A stretch of 57,347 nt of DNA, filler included, from Basidioascus undulatus (taxonomy: Eukaryota), in the NCBI GenBank assembly GCA_000826855.1. It is 3 parts of 3 records of this genome, joined end to end, with 100 filler letters (N's around TTAATTAATTAA, not from the genome) between each part and the next. Parts side by side here need not be neighbours in the genome. Positions count along the whole stretch, not along the records: positions 1 to 15,174 come from JTLS01000662.1; 2 more parts are not named here. One strand, written 5' to 3'. Under the pieces are notes generated by a model. That model did not search any database. It saw only the letters and a list, made by a program, of their open reading frames with translations, and was not told the origin of the DNA. Positions 1 through 12,186 of the stretch are shown here, one piece after another (the stretch's first letter is position 1; the number at the start of each line of letters is the position of its first letter). The translations under genes and the position numbers were made by a program.

Positions 1-574
1 AATCAGATGGCGGAAGGTGATCAGACGAGACCGGAAGGGGGCCATAGCAACTCACCAGGGCTCCCTGAACTGTCCCTGCTTGGGATGCGGAGGCCCGACG
101 AGGTGTGCGAGTGCTTGATCCTTAAGGCCCGCGGGGCGGGCAGCCGTCTCGCCGTCGGTCTGTAATCAACTTCCATCCGCATCGCTCGCCCCCAGTACAG
201 GAGCACCAGTCTGAGCCTCCCATCAGCCCGACGATGGGACTTCACAACTTCTTGAAATTCGCTTATTCTTGTGTCGTCTCGCTGGACCGCGGCCGCTCGT
301 GGGTACCATCGCGCAATGCGATTCTCTCGCACATCTCACGCTTCATCCTGGTGCATCTTAAACCCACATGACAACAGCGACGACTTTCTGTCATTCTCAA
401 GCGGTATACGAAGGGGTGCGTGCATGTGGCGCAGGCCAAGCTGTCAGGCCCCGCGAGGGGACCGCTGCATCGATAAAACAGTCCTGTTGTTTTCTTATCT
501 CCTTTTGTCTCTTCAATAACGAAGCAAGTCAGAATAGCATCTCAAGACCTCGTCGCGCTGCTCCCTCTGGAGCT

Positions 575-2270
575 ATGGCACCGGATCCTGCACTTCATGC
601 CGCGCCCGACACTCTCCTTGCTCTGCCGCACGTCTTCCACCCTGCAGCACCTCGCCCTCCCCGTCCTGTACCGCTCCATCCCTCCCCTTCCCCCTTCACA
701 AAGCCGTCAAGTCTGCAGTTACTTCCTCTGCCACCCCGCGCTCGCCGCGGACGTCGAGCACCTGCACCTGGCCGGCGCGCAGCTCGCCGAGGACACGCGC
801 GCGAATAAGCCTGTGGTCGACCTCCTCCGCCGCGTGCCGGCGTTGCGGGCACGGCTGAGGAGCTTTGGATGGAGCTACCATGAGAGTGGAGGCAGGACGG
901 GTCGCAGCCTGAGCTGGGACAGGCGAGGAAGGATAATGCGGTTTGGGAGGCGCTGGGGGAGGAGTGCACGGGCCTGGAGAAGGTCGAGGTGAGGGGTTGG
1001 CGTTGGAGAGGGTGGAGGAGGGCGAATGCGCCGAACGGCCCTGTCCGCTGCATTGTCGAGCGGTACCCTGTGGGACTGCAGGGGTACCGTGTTGGTATCC
1101 AGGACACGCGAGGGGTGGAGCAGCGCAGGGAGGTTACTACCCCAGATCATCTGCGACTCCCTCGACAGGCTTACGTCCGGCCCACCTGCCCCCTTGAGTG
1201 AACAAATACCCCACGCCGTGTCCGAGACGATGCATAGGGGGAGGACTAGCGCATGTCCTACGCTCTTCGACGAACCCTCAGAGACAGGGAGGACGCCTGG
1301 ACTCTTCGGCACCCTACACTCTAATCAGGCCATCGATATGTCGCCCTTGGAGGAGGAGAGGAGGGTGCCCGACAGGGAGGCTAGGAGGAGGATGCCGTGG
1401 TAATACACCACCTCGGTGAAGTGGTACGGGCCCGCCCCCGAGTTCTTCTCTGCACCCAGCGCTCAGCCGCCTCCGAATAACAGTATCGAAGCGCGGTGCA
1501 ATATCCTGCAGGCGCACCGTCCCCCTCCTCGGGCTCCTGCCCGGCACGCTGCCCGCGCTCGAGCGGTTCGAAGGCGTGCGCGAGAACGTGGAGGCTTTGC
1601 TCGAGGACGTGGCGCAGAGGGAGGCCCTGCGTGAGGTTGTGGTGCTTGGGGAACTGGACGTGCTGCGCGCGGCGGGACAGCCGATGGGCATGGACGTGCC
1701 CGACGAGGTGTGGCACACGTACCGGCTGGGGCTGGTCAACAGCCTCGCTGGCGCGCTGGCTCGAGCACCGAATCTCGTCGCGCTTGAGGTCAACCTTGAT
1801 CTGGATACGAGTCCGGATCCCGACCACCGCGTCTTCCGAGCGCCTCGCCAGGGCGTGCCCGCGCCTTGAGCGGCTCCGCCTGGGCGCGAGCTGTATAAGG
1901 ACGAGACGGTAGATTGCTCAATGCCTTTCACCCTCCTATCTACCTACCAAAATCTCAGTTGATGTATCCCTTCTCCTCTCAGGGGGTGGACGTAGCAGCC
2001 TCTATCGCCGACGGCCTAGCCTCATTCGCACACCTCGCCGAGTTCGAGATCCGCGGCGGGCTGTCGCCGTTGGAGTACAAGGAGATGGTAGCGGTCCTGG
2101 TCAGGCGCTGCAAGACCTTGCGCACAATGAAGACTACCGCCCCTGGGGAGTCGCTGCATTTCGCGCTGCGCGCGCAGGGTGGATGGGAAGGCGTTTATTG
2201 GTCGAAGTTTGGAGATATGGAAGAGCTTGGGGTGGTGCCGCTTGACAGTGGGTTGAGGATGGTGGTTTAG
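575..2270 (+). pseudogene. F-box/LRR-like gene, frameshifted
   Basis: Coding-like pieces in different frames: LCRTSSTLQHLALPVLYRSI (F-box C-terminal-like), LARAPNLVALEVNL, ACPRLERLRLG and LVRRCKTLRTM (LRR-like). A GT..AG intron at about 1909-1982 precedes the last exon, which ends at TAG 2270. Several frame switches are needed to join the pieces. Confidence 0.5.
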
Positions 2271-3134
2271 TGCGTTCTATTTCTTACCTGCATGTATGGA
2301 TGTTGGGTGCATTGCTACTTGTGGACTGTCGGATCAGTAGCGCGAACAGAAGATAGGTCCGGCAGACGTCCTCGTCTTACACAAGAGTCACGAAGCGCTG
2401 CTGACCGAGGATGAAACGGCCCATTCTCAATGTTCTTCGGAATCCGAAATTTTTTAAAATGTTTCTACGCATCTTTCCATTTGGATGGATGCGGGCGGGC
2501 GCAACATGCCTCGTTTGACCCATGAAATTGCTGCGTCCACAGCGGTTTGCACGTCCAAGGACCGAAACGCCAGAACCTCGTTAGAGACTCCGGCTGTTTG
2601 GTTATCTCTCAAGCCAGTCTACTTCCGACCCGACCCGTGCGAGGTCGGCCTCAAAAAAACGTTCATCGACGGCATCTGAAACGCAAGGCATGCATTCATG
2701 ATTCTGCGATCTGCAATGTACAAAGTCTGCGGCGAAGGCCAACCCAAAGCTGAACTTCCGCCAAGCCTGTAGAAGTTGGATTCGACCTTTGGGTATATGC
2801 CCATCTCATAAACAATATTTAATGCACTACTAGCACTCAGACCAGCTCGGAAGACGCATGCAATGTGATTCTGCAGGACGTCGACCTACTCACCGTCTGC
2901 CGTTTCGGACTACTTGAGGCCCTAGACGGGTTTAAACACCGCCTCACCTAAGACATTAACCATTATATTCCCTGATCTTTGTTTCTGGGGCAAAGTTCTC
3001 GCCGTTACACTTTGCCAGTGCCTGCAGTCCAGCCAATTAGTCAGCGTCCCTGCCCCTCCGGACCCCGCTAGGGAGGCTCGGACGACCCGTCTTCTCCCTT
3101 TGCTGACCCATCTCCCTTGCCTTAATACTCTTCC

Positions 3135-3481
3135 ATGGAATCCGCATCTCCCCCATTCTCCTGACTCCTCCGTCGACCCGACCGAGGCGACGGGCGCTCG
3201 AGCGCTCGAGCGCTGGCGGCAGGCCGCAGCGCAGCTGACTGGGCTCGGGCTCGGGCTCACGGGCAAGAAGGCGCTCAGGGAGGAGGAGGCGGAGTGGAAA
3301 TGACGTGAGAATTGGAAGTAGAGCTCGATGGTTCAGAGTGGGCCGAAGCCGAGGCGGAGAAGGTGGCTGGACAGCTTTGGAAAAGCTGCTTCGCGGATAC
3401 TCGACCGTTTAATGAGGTGCGCACAGTCTTGCTCTTTTCCGCAATGCGTACTGATTACGAGTTTACTGCCTCTAGATATAA
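3135..3481 (+). pseudogene. ATP23: ATP23 mitochondrial inner-membrane metalloprotease relic with internal deletion
   Basis: The N-terminal part (ALERWRQAAAQLTGLGL...EWK*RENWK*SSM) is joined directly to the family C-terminus (AEKVAGQLWKSCFADTRPFNE, intron 3417-3475, then I*). There is a frameshift after the ATG, in-frame stops, and no HEXXH core. Confidence 0.75.
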
Positions 3482-6175
3482 TACATTAGAATTCTAGAAG
3501 ATGGACATCTTAACCCTCACCAGTATTTCGACTGGCGCTCGCGTTGCGCGGAGACGGTGTTGCCTCTGCGGCTTGACTCGCCTAGCACGTCCAGGTAAGC
3601 GTACGAGCATCCGGTCAGGCACTCACCCTCTTTCCCAGGTCACGACGACTGCAATGTCCGTGCGCGCCTTACTCATGCATTCCTACTCACCCGCATTCGT
3701 CTCGAGGCACGAAGAGCCCTGATCACCTTATCCTCGATCGATGACCTACAGGTCGTACCTTCGATCGGCTCGCTCTTGAAATGCCGTAAAGACCCCTCAT
3801 TCCGGCATTCTCGTCGATACAAGGTGCTCGACATACGCTCACGATCCTCTGGATCTCATCGTTTCCCATTCGCTGTGCTCGCTGACCCATCGCTCCCTCA
3901 TTGCGCCCCAGTCGCACTTGCTCGAGCTCTTTGCGAACAGCATCATTATGGTTCGCTTTCGTTGATGCGCTGCGAAGACCCCATGTGGAGACAACGCTGA
4001 CATCGCGACTTCACATTCATGGAACAGTCAATCGTGCGCTGCTTCTTCATTCAAACACACTTCGATGGTGACATATAGCAGAAGCCTGAGAGGGGCTTCA
4101 GTGCCGCGCTCGCTGCTAGAGAGTGGGCGTCTGCGAAGTTTCGCCTTGACTGCTTTTCCTGCCTATCCCAATCTCGTTCCAGGATATACTCCAAGGACTA
4201 ATACTTGGGGTCTTGAGGTATTGCAAGCGTTAGGATGAAGTGGTATGCGTTACAGCTTAGTCAACGGAGACTTGGAAGATGGACACGCTGAAGGTCAGTG
4301 TCAGTTTAGGGCCAGTCCTGCGTAAAAGTCGGGAGTTTGTATGGCGTGAAAACTTATAATCTCAAATGGCGGCCCCGGGGCCTTTTATTTGACCAAAGCG
4401 CCGTCTTGTGCGAACAGGTGCTCTGCAGCAAACGATTTGCAGCAACAGGTGGATTACAGGGTGCGTGCGAGCGGCTCGCTGCAGCTGTGCTTCCTTGATG
4501 ATCACGAGTATGGCCTTTGACTGGTTGTAAGTGTCAGGGGCTTGAATGCCTTCCCTTCTTCTTTGTTATTCACAAGTTTGTCACCCAGGCAAAGCCAAAC
4601 TGAGATGCCTCAGACGGATATCTGCTTCCCTCTTACAGCCTGTGCATGCCTTCCTTCTTTAAGTTTCCCACCGAACGGCTCCTTACGCTTCTGAAGGGTT
4701 GCCTACCCACCGCCCTCCCGTCGGGCTCCAAGACATCACGCAGTCTGGCAGACACGCCGGCTGCCAAGCGCTCCTCGGCCGCATCGCTATGACGCGGCCT
4801 CGTCTACGCGTGTATGCCTCTGGGGTTCTTTCTGCCTCTCGAAAGGTCAGTATGTCTGGTTGTTGGGGCATCGGTTCAGGGTGGGCCACATCCAAGAAGC
4901 GCGAGGCGTGACCGTCGAGCGCTGGCCGGACACAAGCACGAGGACCATCGATCATCGTCGTGAATACGGCCACGCAAGGCCGGATGAAAGGTTCGACGGC
5001 CGAGGGGCTGCTGCCGATCATTATTGTGGACCTGAAGGATGATAGCGAGTAGGGGAGGGCTTGTGAGGCGAGCGCACTGAATCCGAATGCAGACGCTGGC
5101 CGCGTGGGTGCTACTGAGTGGTCGTCCTGTGTGCAGTGTGCAACTTGATGCAAACCGCGGCCATCACAAGCGAGCATCCTACTTGCGTGCAACTCCGAAG
5201 CTCAGTTGATCGTCACGATGAGTGCCACCCTACGGATCCCCAGCCAAGCAAGCAAAGACAGCAGACCACGACCCAATCCAACTCCGCACGCGCACGACAT
5301 GAACAAAACAATATACACCCGCGACCACGGGTCCGACGGGGCGAGCGGGGGCATGCCATGATGAGATGATGATAGTACGATCGGTGACGCTTTTTAGTGA
5401 GAGGCTATGGATACAAACCGGGTAGAGCGACAGAGAGGAACGAGGAAAGAGAAGAGACCATGACGTGGCAGGAGCAGCACAAGCACAACGGACGGAGGTC
5501 GACCCAAGCGGCGAAAAGTTACGGGGGAATTGTAAGGAATCGCGGAAGGGTGCGGCGAAGGAGAAGGAGGAGGTGGAAGGGGAGGAGCATAAGGTGTTTG
5601 GCTTTAAAGCGAGTAAAACAATAGTGAAGTGTGTGTGAAACCAACAGGGTAAAGAAACAGGCACAGAAACGAGCAGGGCTGAAGATCCGCCGACTATACA
5701 AAGATACGAGAAGAGGAGTCGGAAAAGAAAGAAAGAATGCGGAGCGGGGTGAGGACGGAAGGGGGGAGGGTTCGGGTCGCCGGTGCCGATAGCGGGGATG
5801 GGAGGGAGCCGCGTGCGCCGAGGAGAGGCGTCTAGGAGAACCGGGGGGGTGGCGAAGGGGGAAGAAGGATAACGGACGATGCGCGTGTGCGCGGTTCGCG
5901 CGCTTTTGCAAAAAAAATAAGGGTGACGGGCGCGGTGCGGGTGTGTGTGCCGCCGGGGGCGTATTGTATATCGTACAATGGGGACCGAGGGAGAAGAAAC
6001 GATGCAAGTTGCTGCTGGACTCGACGGACGTTGCAGAGAGGCGAGGCGGAACAAGAAGTGGGAAACCGTGATGACGTTGTTGCGATTGCGATGGGCGTGC
6101 GTGGGCGTGGTCGCGTCGTTAGGCGGGCGGGCGGGCGAGCGGGTCGAGAACGCGCTCGTGGGTGTGCACGCGCGG

Positions 6176-7737
6176 CTACTCGACGCGGTCGGAGAGGTTG
6201 AGAAGGAGCGTCGCGAGGCAGCGTTTGGTCACCATGTCGCCCTGGACGTGGTGAGACGTGGTAGAGCAAGAGTGAGCGCCTGCCGTTGAGAGCCGAGAAA
6301 GGAAGGAGGGGCGCACCTTCAACAACGCTGAAAAAGTCGCGTCCCGCAATGGTTCGGGCAAGCATGCGCGGAGAGCCTCGCGAGCTCTTTCACCGCCAGA
6401 CACCATCAGTCGCCTGTCCCCAGCAGCACTCTATCTGAAACAAGGAAAAAGCGACCCACCTCGGGTTATCGCTCAGGCGGAGGTAGCAGCGGACGACGTG
6501 CTTGAGCAGGCGGACCGCCTGCGTTTCGACGAGCTGGGCGACCATGTTGCTGAGCACCGTGCCGACGGCGTAGAAGCGTTCGTACGTCTGGCAGATGTAT
6601 GCGAGGCCGAGGTTGTCGAGCAGAATCTTCTGGACGATGAAGATCGCGACTGTCTTGGACAGCTCGGAGCCCGTCTCCATGATGCGCAGGCAGAGGGGGA
6701 TGATCTCGGTCGAGAGAAGGAAGTTGATCACGTCCGAGTTGTCGTTTTGCTGCGAGGATGTAGGTGGAAACCGTCAGACTGCCGGACCGCACAGCAAGAA
6801 GACCGCGCGGACGTACCTTGACCAAGGCACCGATGACGCCGAGAGACGTGAGGCGGAGATACTCAAACGGCCGAGTCTTACTCGTGGTGTTGAGGAAAGG
6901 GTATAAGAAGAGAGGGATATGGGCTGTTGAGAAGACGCCCGTCAGTGCCTCCGCCACCCGTCGCTGACTACTGGACGGATGTGCAGCGCACCGTTCAAGA
7001 AGAGACTGCGGGTGTCGTTATGGCTGGCCACACATTGCAGGAGGGCGAGAGCATTGCAGACCCGGTTGGAAGCGTGCGCGGTGAGGGCCGGTGGAGAGAG
7101 GAGGTGGTAAACGGAGACGATCTCCTGCAAGAGTGCAGCCATGACACCTGCGAAGCTCATCCTCGCTGGTCAGGTGCCGGCCGGCTGCCGCCTCGGGGAA
7201 GACGAGAAAAAAGGACGCACCGAATGAGTGCCAGAGGACGAGGGCGAGGTCGTCGTACTGTTCCCGTTTTTTGCTGAGCTCCAGGAGGGCGCTCTCGCGA
7301 GTGAGCGGGTTCTGGAGCTCAACGATGAGCGCGTAGATCTTGTCCTCCTCTGCGCCCCTCTGGCCGAGGAGGAGCGTCTTGCCACCTGGCGCGCCGTTCG
7401 CGCCCTGCGCCGGCGCGGGGGCGACGGCGGAAGTAGGCACTGATGCTGCCGGCTGGGTGTGTGCTGCGCCAGGGTGGGGGACGAGGGGCTGGTTGGGGGG
7501 CACGCCGGGGTTGTTGAGGTGTGCGGAGATGTGGGAGGGGAGGTGGCCCTGGGACGCCTCGGAGGCCGCGGGGGAGCCTGCACGCTGGTGGTGCTGTTGC
7601 TGGGCGTGCTGGTGGGCGAGGGTCATGATGGCCGCGGGGGAGGAGGCGCGGCCCGCGAGGTGGGGGAACTGGGACAACGAAGGAGCGAAGGCATCGGACG
7701 TCGGCGGAGCAGCGTGCGAGAGCGGTCCGGCAAGCAT
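6176..7737 (-). CDS. RCD1: CCR4-NOT subunit Rcd1/Caf40/CNOT9 (multi-exon)
   Basis: [105 protein letters not shown]. Canonical introns; low-complexity P/A/Q N-terminus; start ATG inferred. Confidence 0.96.
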
Positions 7738-8635
7738 CGGGGCGGGATAATGGGCGTCCGGGACAGAGATCAGCACGGTAAACGGGGAAAAGGGCGCGCA
7801 GGATGGGGGCGGGCGCGGGCGAGGGCGGGCAAGTCAAGCAAGGATGGGATCGGCGAGGAGGCGGAGGGCAAGAGGGCAAGGGCAAGGTCGACTAGGCGCT
7901 TTGCAGTTACGGGCGCCGACTGCAAATGCTTTCGTCCTACTTTCTTATCCTGCGTTCTTGGCACCTCTTACAATTCCTGGTTGGGTTCAAGTACATCGTG
8001 ATAAAATCCATATAATTACGTCCTGTCTTTCCAGGACACCTCAAAACAGATCGGTTGATGAAGCAGATCTCTACGAGAAAGTCATCAAAGTGCCCATGAG
8101 TTTGCCTCGAATCAGAATGAAAAATCTCCGAGCCTCAGGGAGTAGGTCAAGAGTTGGTTCATCTACCTAAAAGTGCCCAACATGCAAGTCATAGGCAACA
8201 GAGAAGAGTGTCAGCACTGCTTGCGATAGCCCCGTCGACTCAGTAGGTACCCCGCTTTGTGCGGCGCAGCCTGCTCAACTGCTCAGAGAAAGAAAGGTCA
8301 AGCATTCGAATTTCTCGAAACTAAATCCCTGGAATACTAAGTTTCTTGCGCTTGCATCACGCTGTCCTTCCACTGGCAAGTCCATCTAAAACGTCCCAGC
8401 CTCCGTGCATTGGGACATGCGAAGGGTGCAACCGCGACCAAACTCCTGATGCCTAATCCCTACCTTTCAAACTGCCCCTCCTGTCTAACTCCAACGTATC
8501 GCAAACTCCCCCCCTTTGGCTCAGTCAAAGCCCCCTGCCACGCTTCGCCACCTTTCCCTGCCACTCCCCAGCTTCGCGCAGCGGCGTCCGCGTCTCCTGA
8601 AGCGTTCGCAATCTGGACAATCCATACACGACGGT

Positions 8636-8995
8636 TCACCACTTGCGTCCCATCTTTCACCCCAAAACTGAAGTCAGCCGCAGCCCAAAGCAAGCCCCGA
8701 GCACGCTCGACTCACAGCCTTCTGCACGCAATCCTTAAACCTCGAAAACTCCTTCTCGCACATTCCGCGTTCGACGTCGTCGTACCGTCTGCCGACACAC
8801 GTCGTGTACGCCGCGGCCTGTATTCGAATCGAAGCAAGTAGTCAGACATCTTTGCTGCACGACGGAAGACGGTTTGAGGCAGGGGGAGGGGCGTACCGTC
8901 CCCGAGCAGGATTGCGCGGCTTTGGCGAGGCGCTGCACGGGCGTCGGGCGCGCGGCGGAGGCGCTTGAGAGCGTGCACGTTGGGTACATGGGCAT
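8636..8995 (-). CDS. Small twin-CX9C protein, NDUFAF8-like complex I assembly factor (3 exons: 8995-8897, 8817-8716, 8653-8636)
   Basis: Spliced product MPMYPTCTLSSASAARPTPVQRLAKAAQSCSGT|AAAYTTCVGRRYDDVERGMCEKEFSRFKDCVQKA|MGRKW*. It has two exact CX9C motifs and phase-0 introns GTACGC..CAG and GTGAGT..AAG. Confidence 0.85.
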
Positions 8996-9450
8996 TAGGT
9001 AAAGAGCGAAAGAAAGAGGCGTGGATGGTTAATGGCGAGGCCAGGGAACGCGCACTGAAGCGGTTGGGGCTTGGGAGCGTCGTCGCTTTGCTGAGTTTGA
9101 TACGACCAAATGGAGTGACAGACAACTTGCACTTCAAGAGTCATGATCGAATTGAGCATTGCTGGGTCTCGTACCAATACTTTCTTACGCCGGACATCAG
9201 TGCTCTTGAAAAGCGAGAGCGTGTCCGCTATGGCCGCGTCCGATGCTTGTTAATGCAGGTCTGGCACCCACAGTCGATGTCCACTAGAGGTTGTCTTTCA
9301 AGAGGCACCCGGTAAGCCCGGTAAGAGGAGCACAAAATCGGCGGAAACCTTGGAATACAGCAGAAAACCCAAAGTCACGTTCCACATTACATCCAAGTCG
9401 ATCCTACTGCCTAACGAGACAGCTACAGGCGCGCCCCGAGACCTCGTACT

Positions 9451-11026
9451 CTACAGCGCCTTGGCATCGCTCAGCCGCCTGAGCCTCTCGACCGCGTCCA
9501 TCTCCTCCTCGCCATCCGGCTTCTGAGGCGTCTCCGTCCGCGCCCGGCGCCTGATCCACTCTCGCATTTCCTGGCCAACATCTTGGCTGAGAAGCTCCTC
9601 GAGTGTCTTGCAGCACGTGCAGCCCTCGAACTTCAGCTTTTTCCGGCTGCCGCTTTCAGAAGGATCGCACTCCGAGTATCGTGGGAGGACCATGGACTCT
9701 GGCATGGAGCAGCACTACCAGTTGGAGGGCTGTTAGTATCTGAGCCAAGGGGGGAAAGGATGAGGGTGCGTTGGGCGGGAGGCTAATGCGCACGGAGAGG
9801 ATAGTCATTTTGCGGTTATGGTGAACACCTGTTTGTTCTTGCGTTTGCCGTTCAAGTCGACGTTGGAGAAGATCAGGGCCATCTCGACCTGGTGGGACAT
9901 GCGGAAGGCGCTCTCCAAGCCGGGAAGCGTTGTAGCCCTATTCACAGTCAACTCTTCCATGAGCCTGAGACTCACGCAGCCCGGCCTTCTGAAAGTGTCA
10001 CCGTGCGTAATCGTCGTCTGGAATCCTAGCCACTCACTCCTCCTCCCAGAACGCATGGTCCCCATCCTTTTCAAGCTCGGCGCCGGCCTCTGTGCCGCCT
10101 AGTCGAAGAGGCTTAGTCGCGAGACGGGACAATGCTCGGCCACGCCAGGGCGCTTGGCGCTAGTGAAGGGCTGTGGATTGGAGGAGGAAGAATTCGATGG
10201 AGTGTAGGATGGGGTCGGATGGCGCGGCGGAGAGGGTGAGCGAGAAGCGGAGGTACCCACCGATGGTGAGGTGGGAACTTCTGATGGTGGCGATGAGCGG
10301 CTGTGGGACGGAGTATGGTGAGGTGGGCTGCAATGAACTGAAGCCTAAGCCGTCTACTGGTCACGGTGGACGTCTAAGTGTTGGTAGAGCGTTGACAATC
10401 GGGTAAGTATAGTTTCGAAAATAAGGCATCCAGGGTGCCGTCTAGGCTCGGGTTCGCGACGATGAAGAGGTCCTGCAGCGTGAAACCGATCGTCAACTCG
10501 CTGCCCACTAACGAAAACGTTCCGGAGGGATGCCTTCTCCGCCGGTAACGGATGAGATAGCAGACCCGCGAAGCTCGCCTTTGCCCGCACGAAGTACAAC
10601 AGTTGCCCATGAGGACTGCGCTCATAGCTGGATGTCTCTGCCGGGACTCCCAAAGCGAACTCGAGCTGCGGGCCTCATAAGCAAATTGAAGGCACCGATG
10701 TACTCCTTTATCTAGTAGCTGATCCGCTAGCCCTGGCACCTCCAACACTCTCTGGAGCGTCCGCTGCTGCTGCCGCTCGGGAAAGACATGCTCTCCTCCC
10801 CGACGAGCGAGACGATCAAGTAGCAGAGTTTGCGTGGCGCTGAAAACAAAATTACTCATATTCAGCGTCCGTCTAGTGCCAAATGCATTCATTGTACGAC
10901 GTATTCGGCAAAAGTGAGGTCCACCACGTCCCGCAAGATGGCATTCTCCGCTTCGGGCGCGTCGGGCTGCTGGCGCTCGGCGCGGGGGTGGACAAAGAGG
11001 ACGGGGTCAGCGCTGCTTTCCCGCAT
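9451..11026 (-). pseudogene. Arrestin-like (alpha-arrestin-type) gene with stops and frameshifts
   Basis: Segments MRESSADPVLFVHP...AILRDVVDLTF, VPAETSSYERSPHGQLLYFVRAKA, ATTLPGLESAFRMSHQVEM and CCSMPESMVLPRYS...CTC. In-frame TGA near 10888, a frameshift near 10680 and a 1-nt loss at about 9805-9810. Confidence 0.6.
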
Positions 11027-11855
11027 CCCGCGTCTTTCACAATAGACCTGAATCTCACGATGGTGAACTTCAACCCCCTCGCGCAGAGCGCTATCGTGGC
11101 CGAAATTCGGCCGCCTAGAACCATAATCTGGGACAAAGCGTCGGGAACCACAGAAATCAGCAGCAGTCTCGCCGGCTCAGTTACCGTTGCAATGCAAAAT
11201 GGTGAATGTTGGCAGGCGAGAAACCTCGACGGACCCGGCGGCGACAGCGAGGACGCGAGGTGAATGCTATTTTGTTTGCAATCCAGTTTATTGAGCAGGC
11301 CAATGCCCGAAGGGCATATGCTACTCTAATTATCTGGGGTTTCGGGGTTTTGGGGATAAGCTAGGTGTCATACAACATTGGGCATGGGGGCGTAGGGGGA
11401 GGAGGGTGCGAGGCAGCGGGGAGGCCATGGGTGCATAGACCATGGGACATGGAGCATAGCGCATCGAGGGGTGCGGTCAGGAGATGGGTGGGGATATCAT
11501 CAGGTCCATACGAGGGTGGATGCTAGGGAAAGAACCGCTGTCTGGCAGGCGAAAGAAAGCAAATCATCGTGACCCAGAGGCCCGCATTCAGCTCGGCACG
11601 AGACCGCAGTTCCAGGTAATTGAGGGGGGTTCCGCGAGACAGCCGGGTCGTCAATCCGGTGCTACGAGCAGGAGTGAGCGCTCCGGGTGGTCAGGCCGGG
11701 CGGTGCGGGCTCAAGGAGGTGGGCTGGGGCTCCGAGCGGGGGGAACTGCGGCGTCGCGTGTGCAAGGCGTGGGCCTGATGGTGTAGGTGTGGAGGGGTGG
11801 GGAAAACAGAGTGCGTAGAGGGAGAGGTGGGAAAATAAGGAAGAAGAGGGAGGGA

Positions 11856-12186
11856 GTTTAACGCCGTCCCGGTCGGGGGGTTTAACGCCTTCCCAGGCGA
11901 GGCTCGTTTCCCGTCGAGCTCACGAGATGGACCGTAAGCGGGCCCGGCGCTGAGGGAGGGGAGCATGGGAACATAATCGACAGTTTAAACGCCTTGTCGG
12001 GGCGGCCGCGTTTAACGCCTGCCGGGGCGGGTTCGCTTAACCCGCCGGATCATGCGACATGGGCTATGAAGCTAGCCCAAGGCGTAGGCATGCGAGCAGT
12101 TTGACATCGGGCTTTGCTCAGGGCGGGCAGGTTTAACGCCCTGTAGAGCGGGCCCCTCAACGCTGGGCCAGGCGCGGCCATAACGT
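11856..12186. repeat. Dispersed array of the motif GTTTAACGCC
   Basis: Copies at 11856, 11880, 11983 (GTTTAAACGCC), 12010 and 12131; degenerate copies at 12035, 12156 and 12179; 8-bp hairpin GGCGGGTT-cgctt-AACCCGCC at 12026-12046. Confidence 0.8.

Noticed and set aside
5230..6100. Long ORFs downstream of RCD1 (such as 5230-6054)
   Set aside because: Low-complexity, pyrimidine/purine-skewed 3'-UTR-like sequence with no protein signature.
11856..12186. CRISPR array or telomeric repeat
   Set aside because: Eukaryotic context, a 10-nt motif with irregular spacing, no cas genes, and not a tandem telomere-type repeat.
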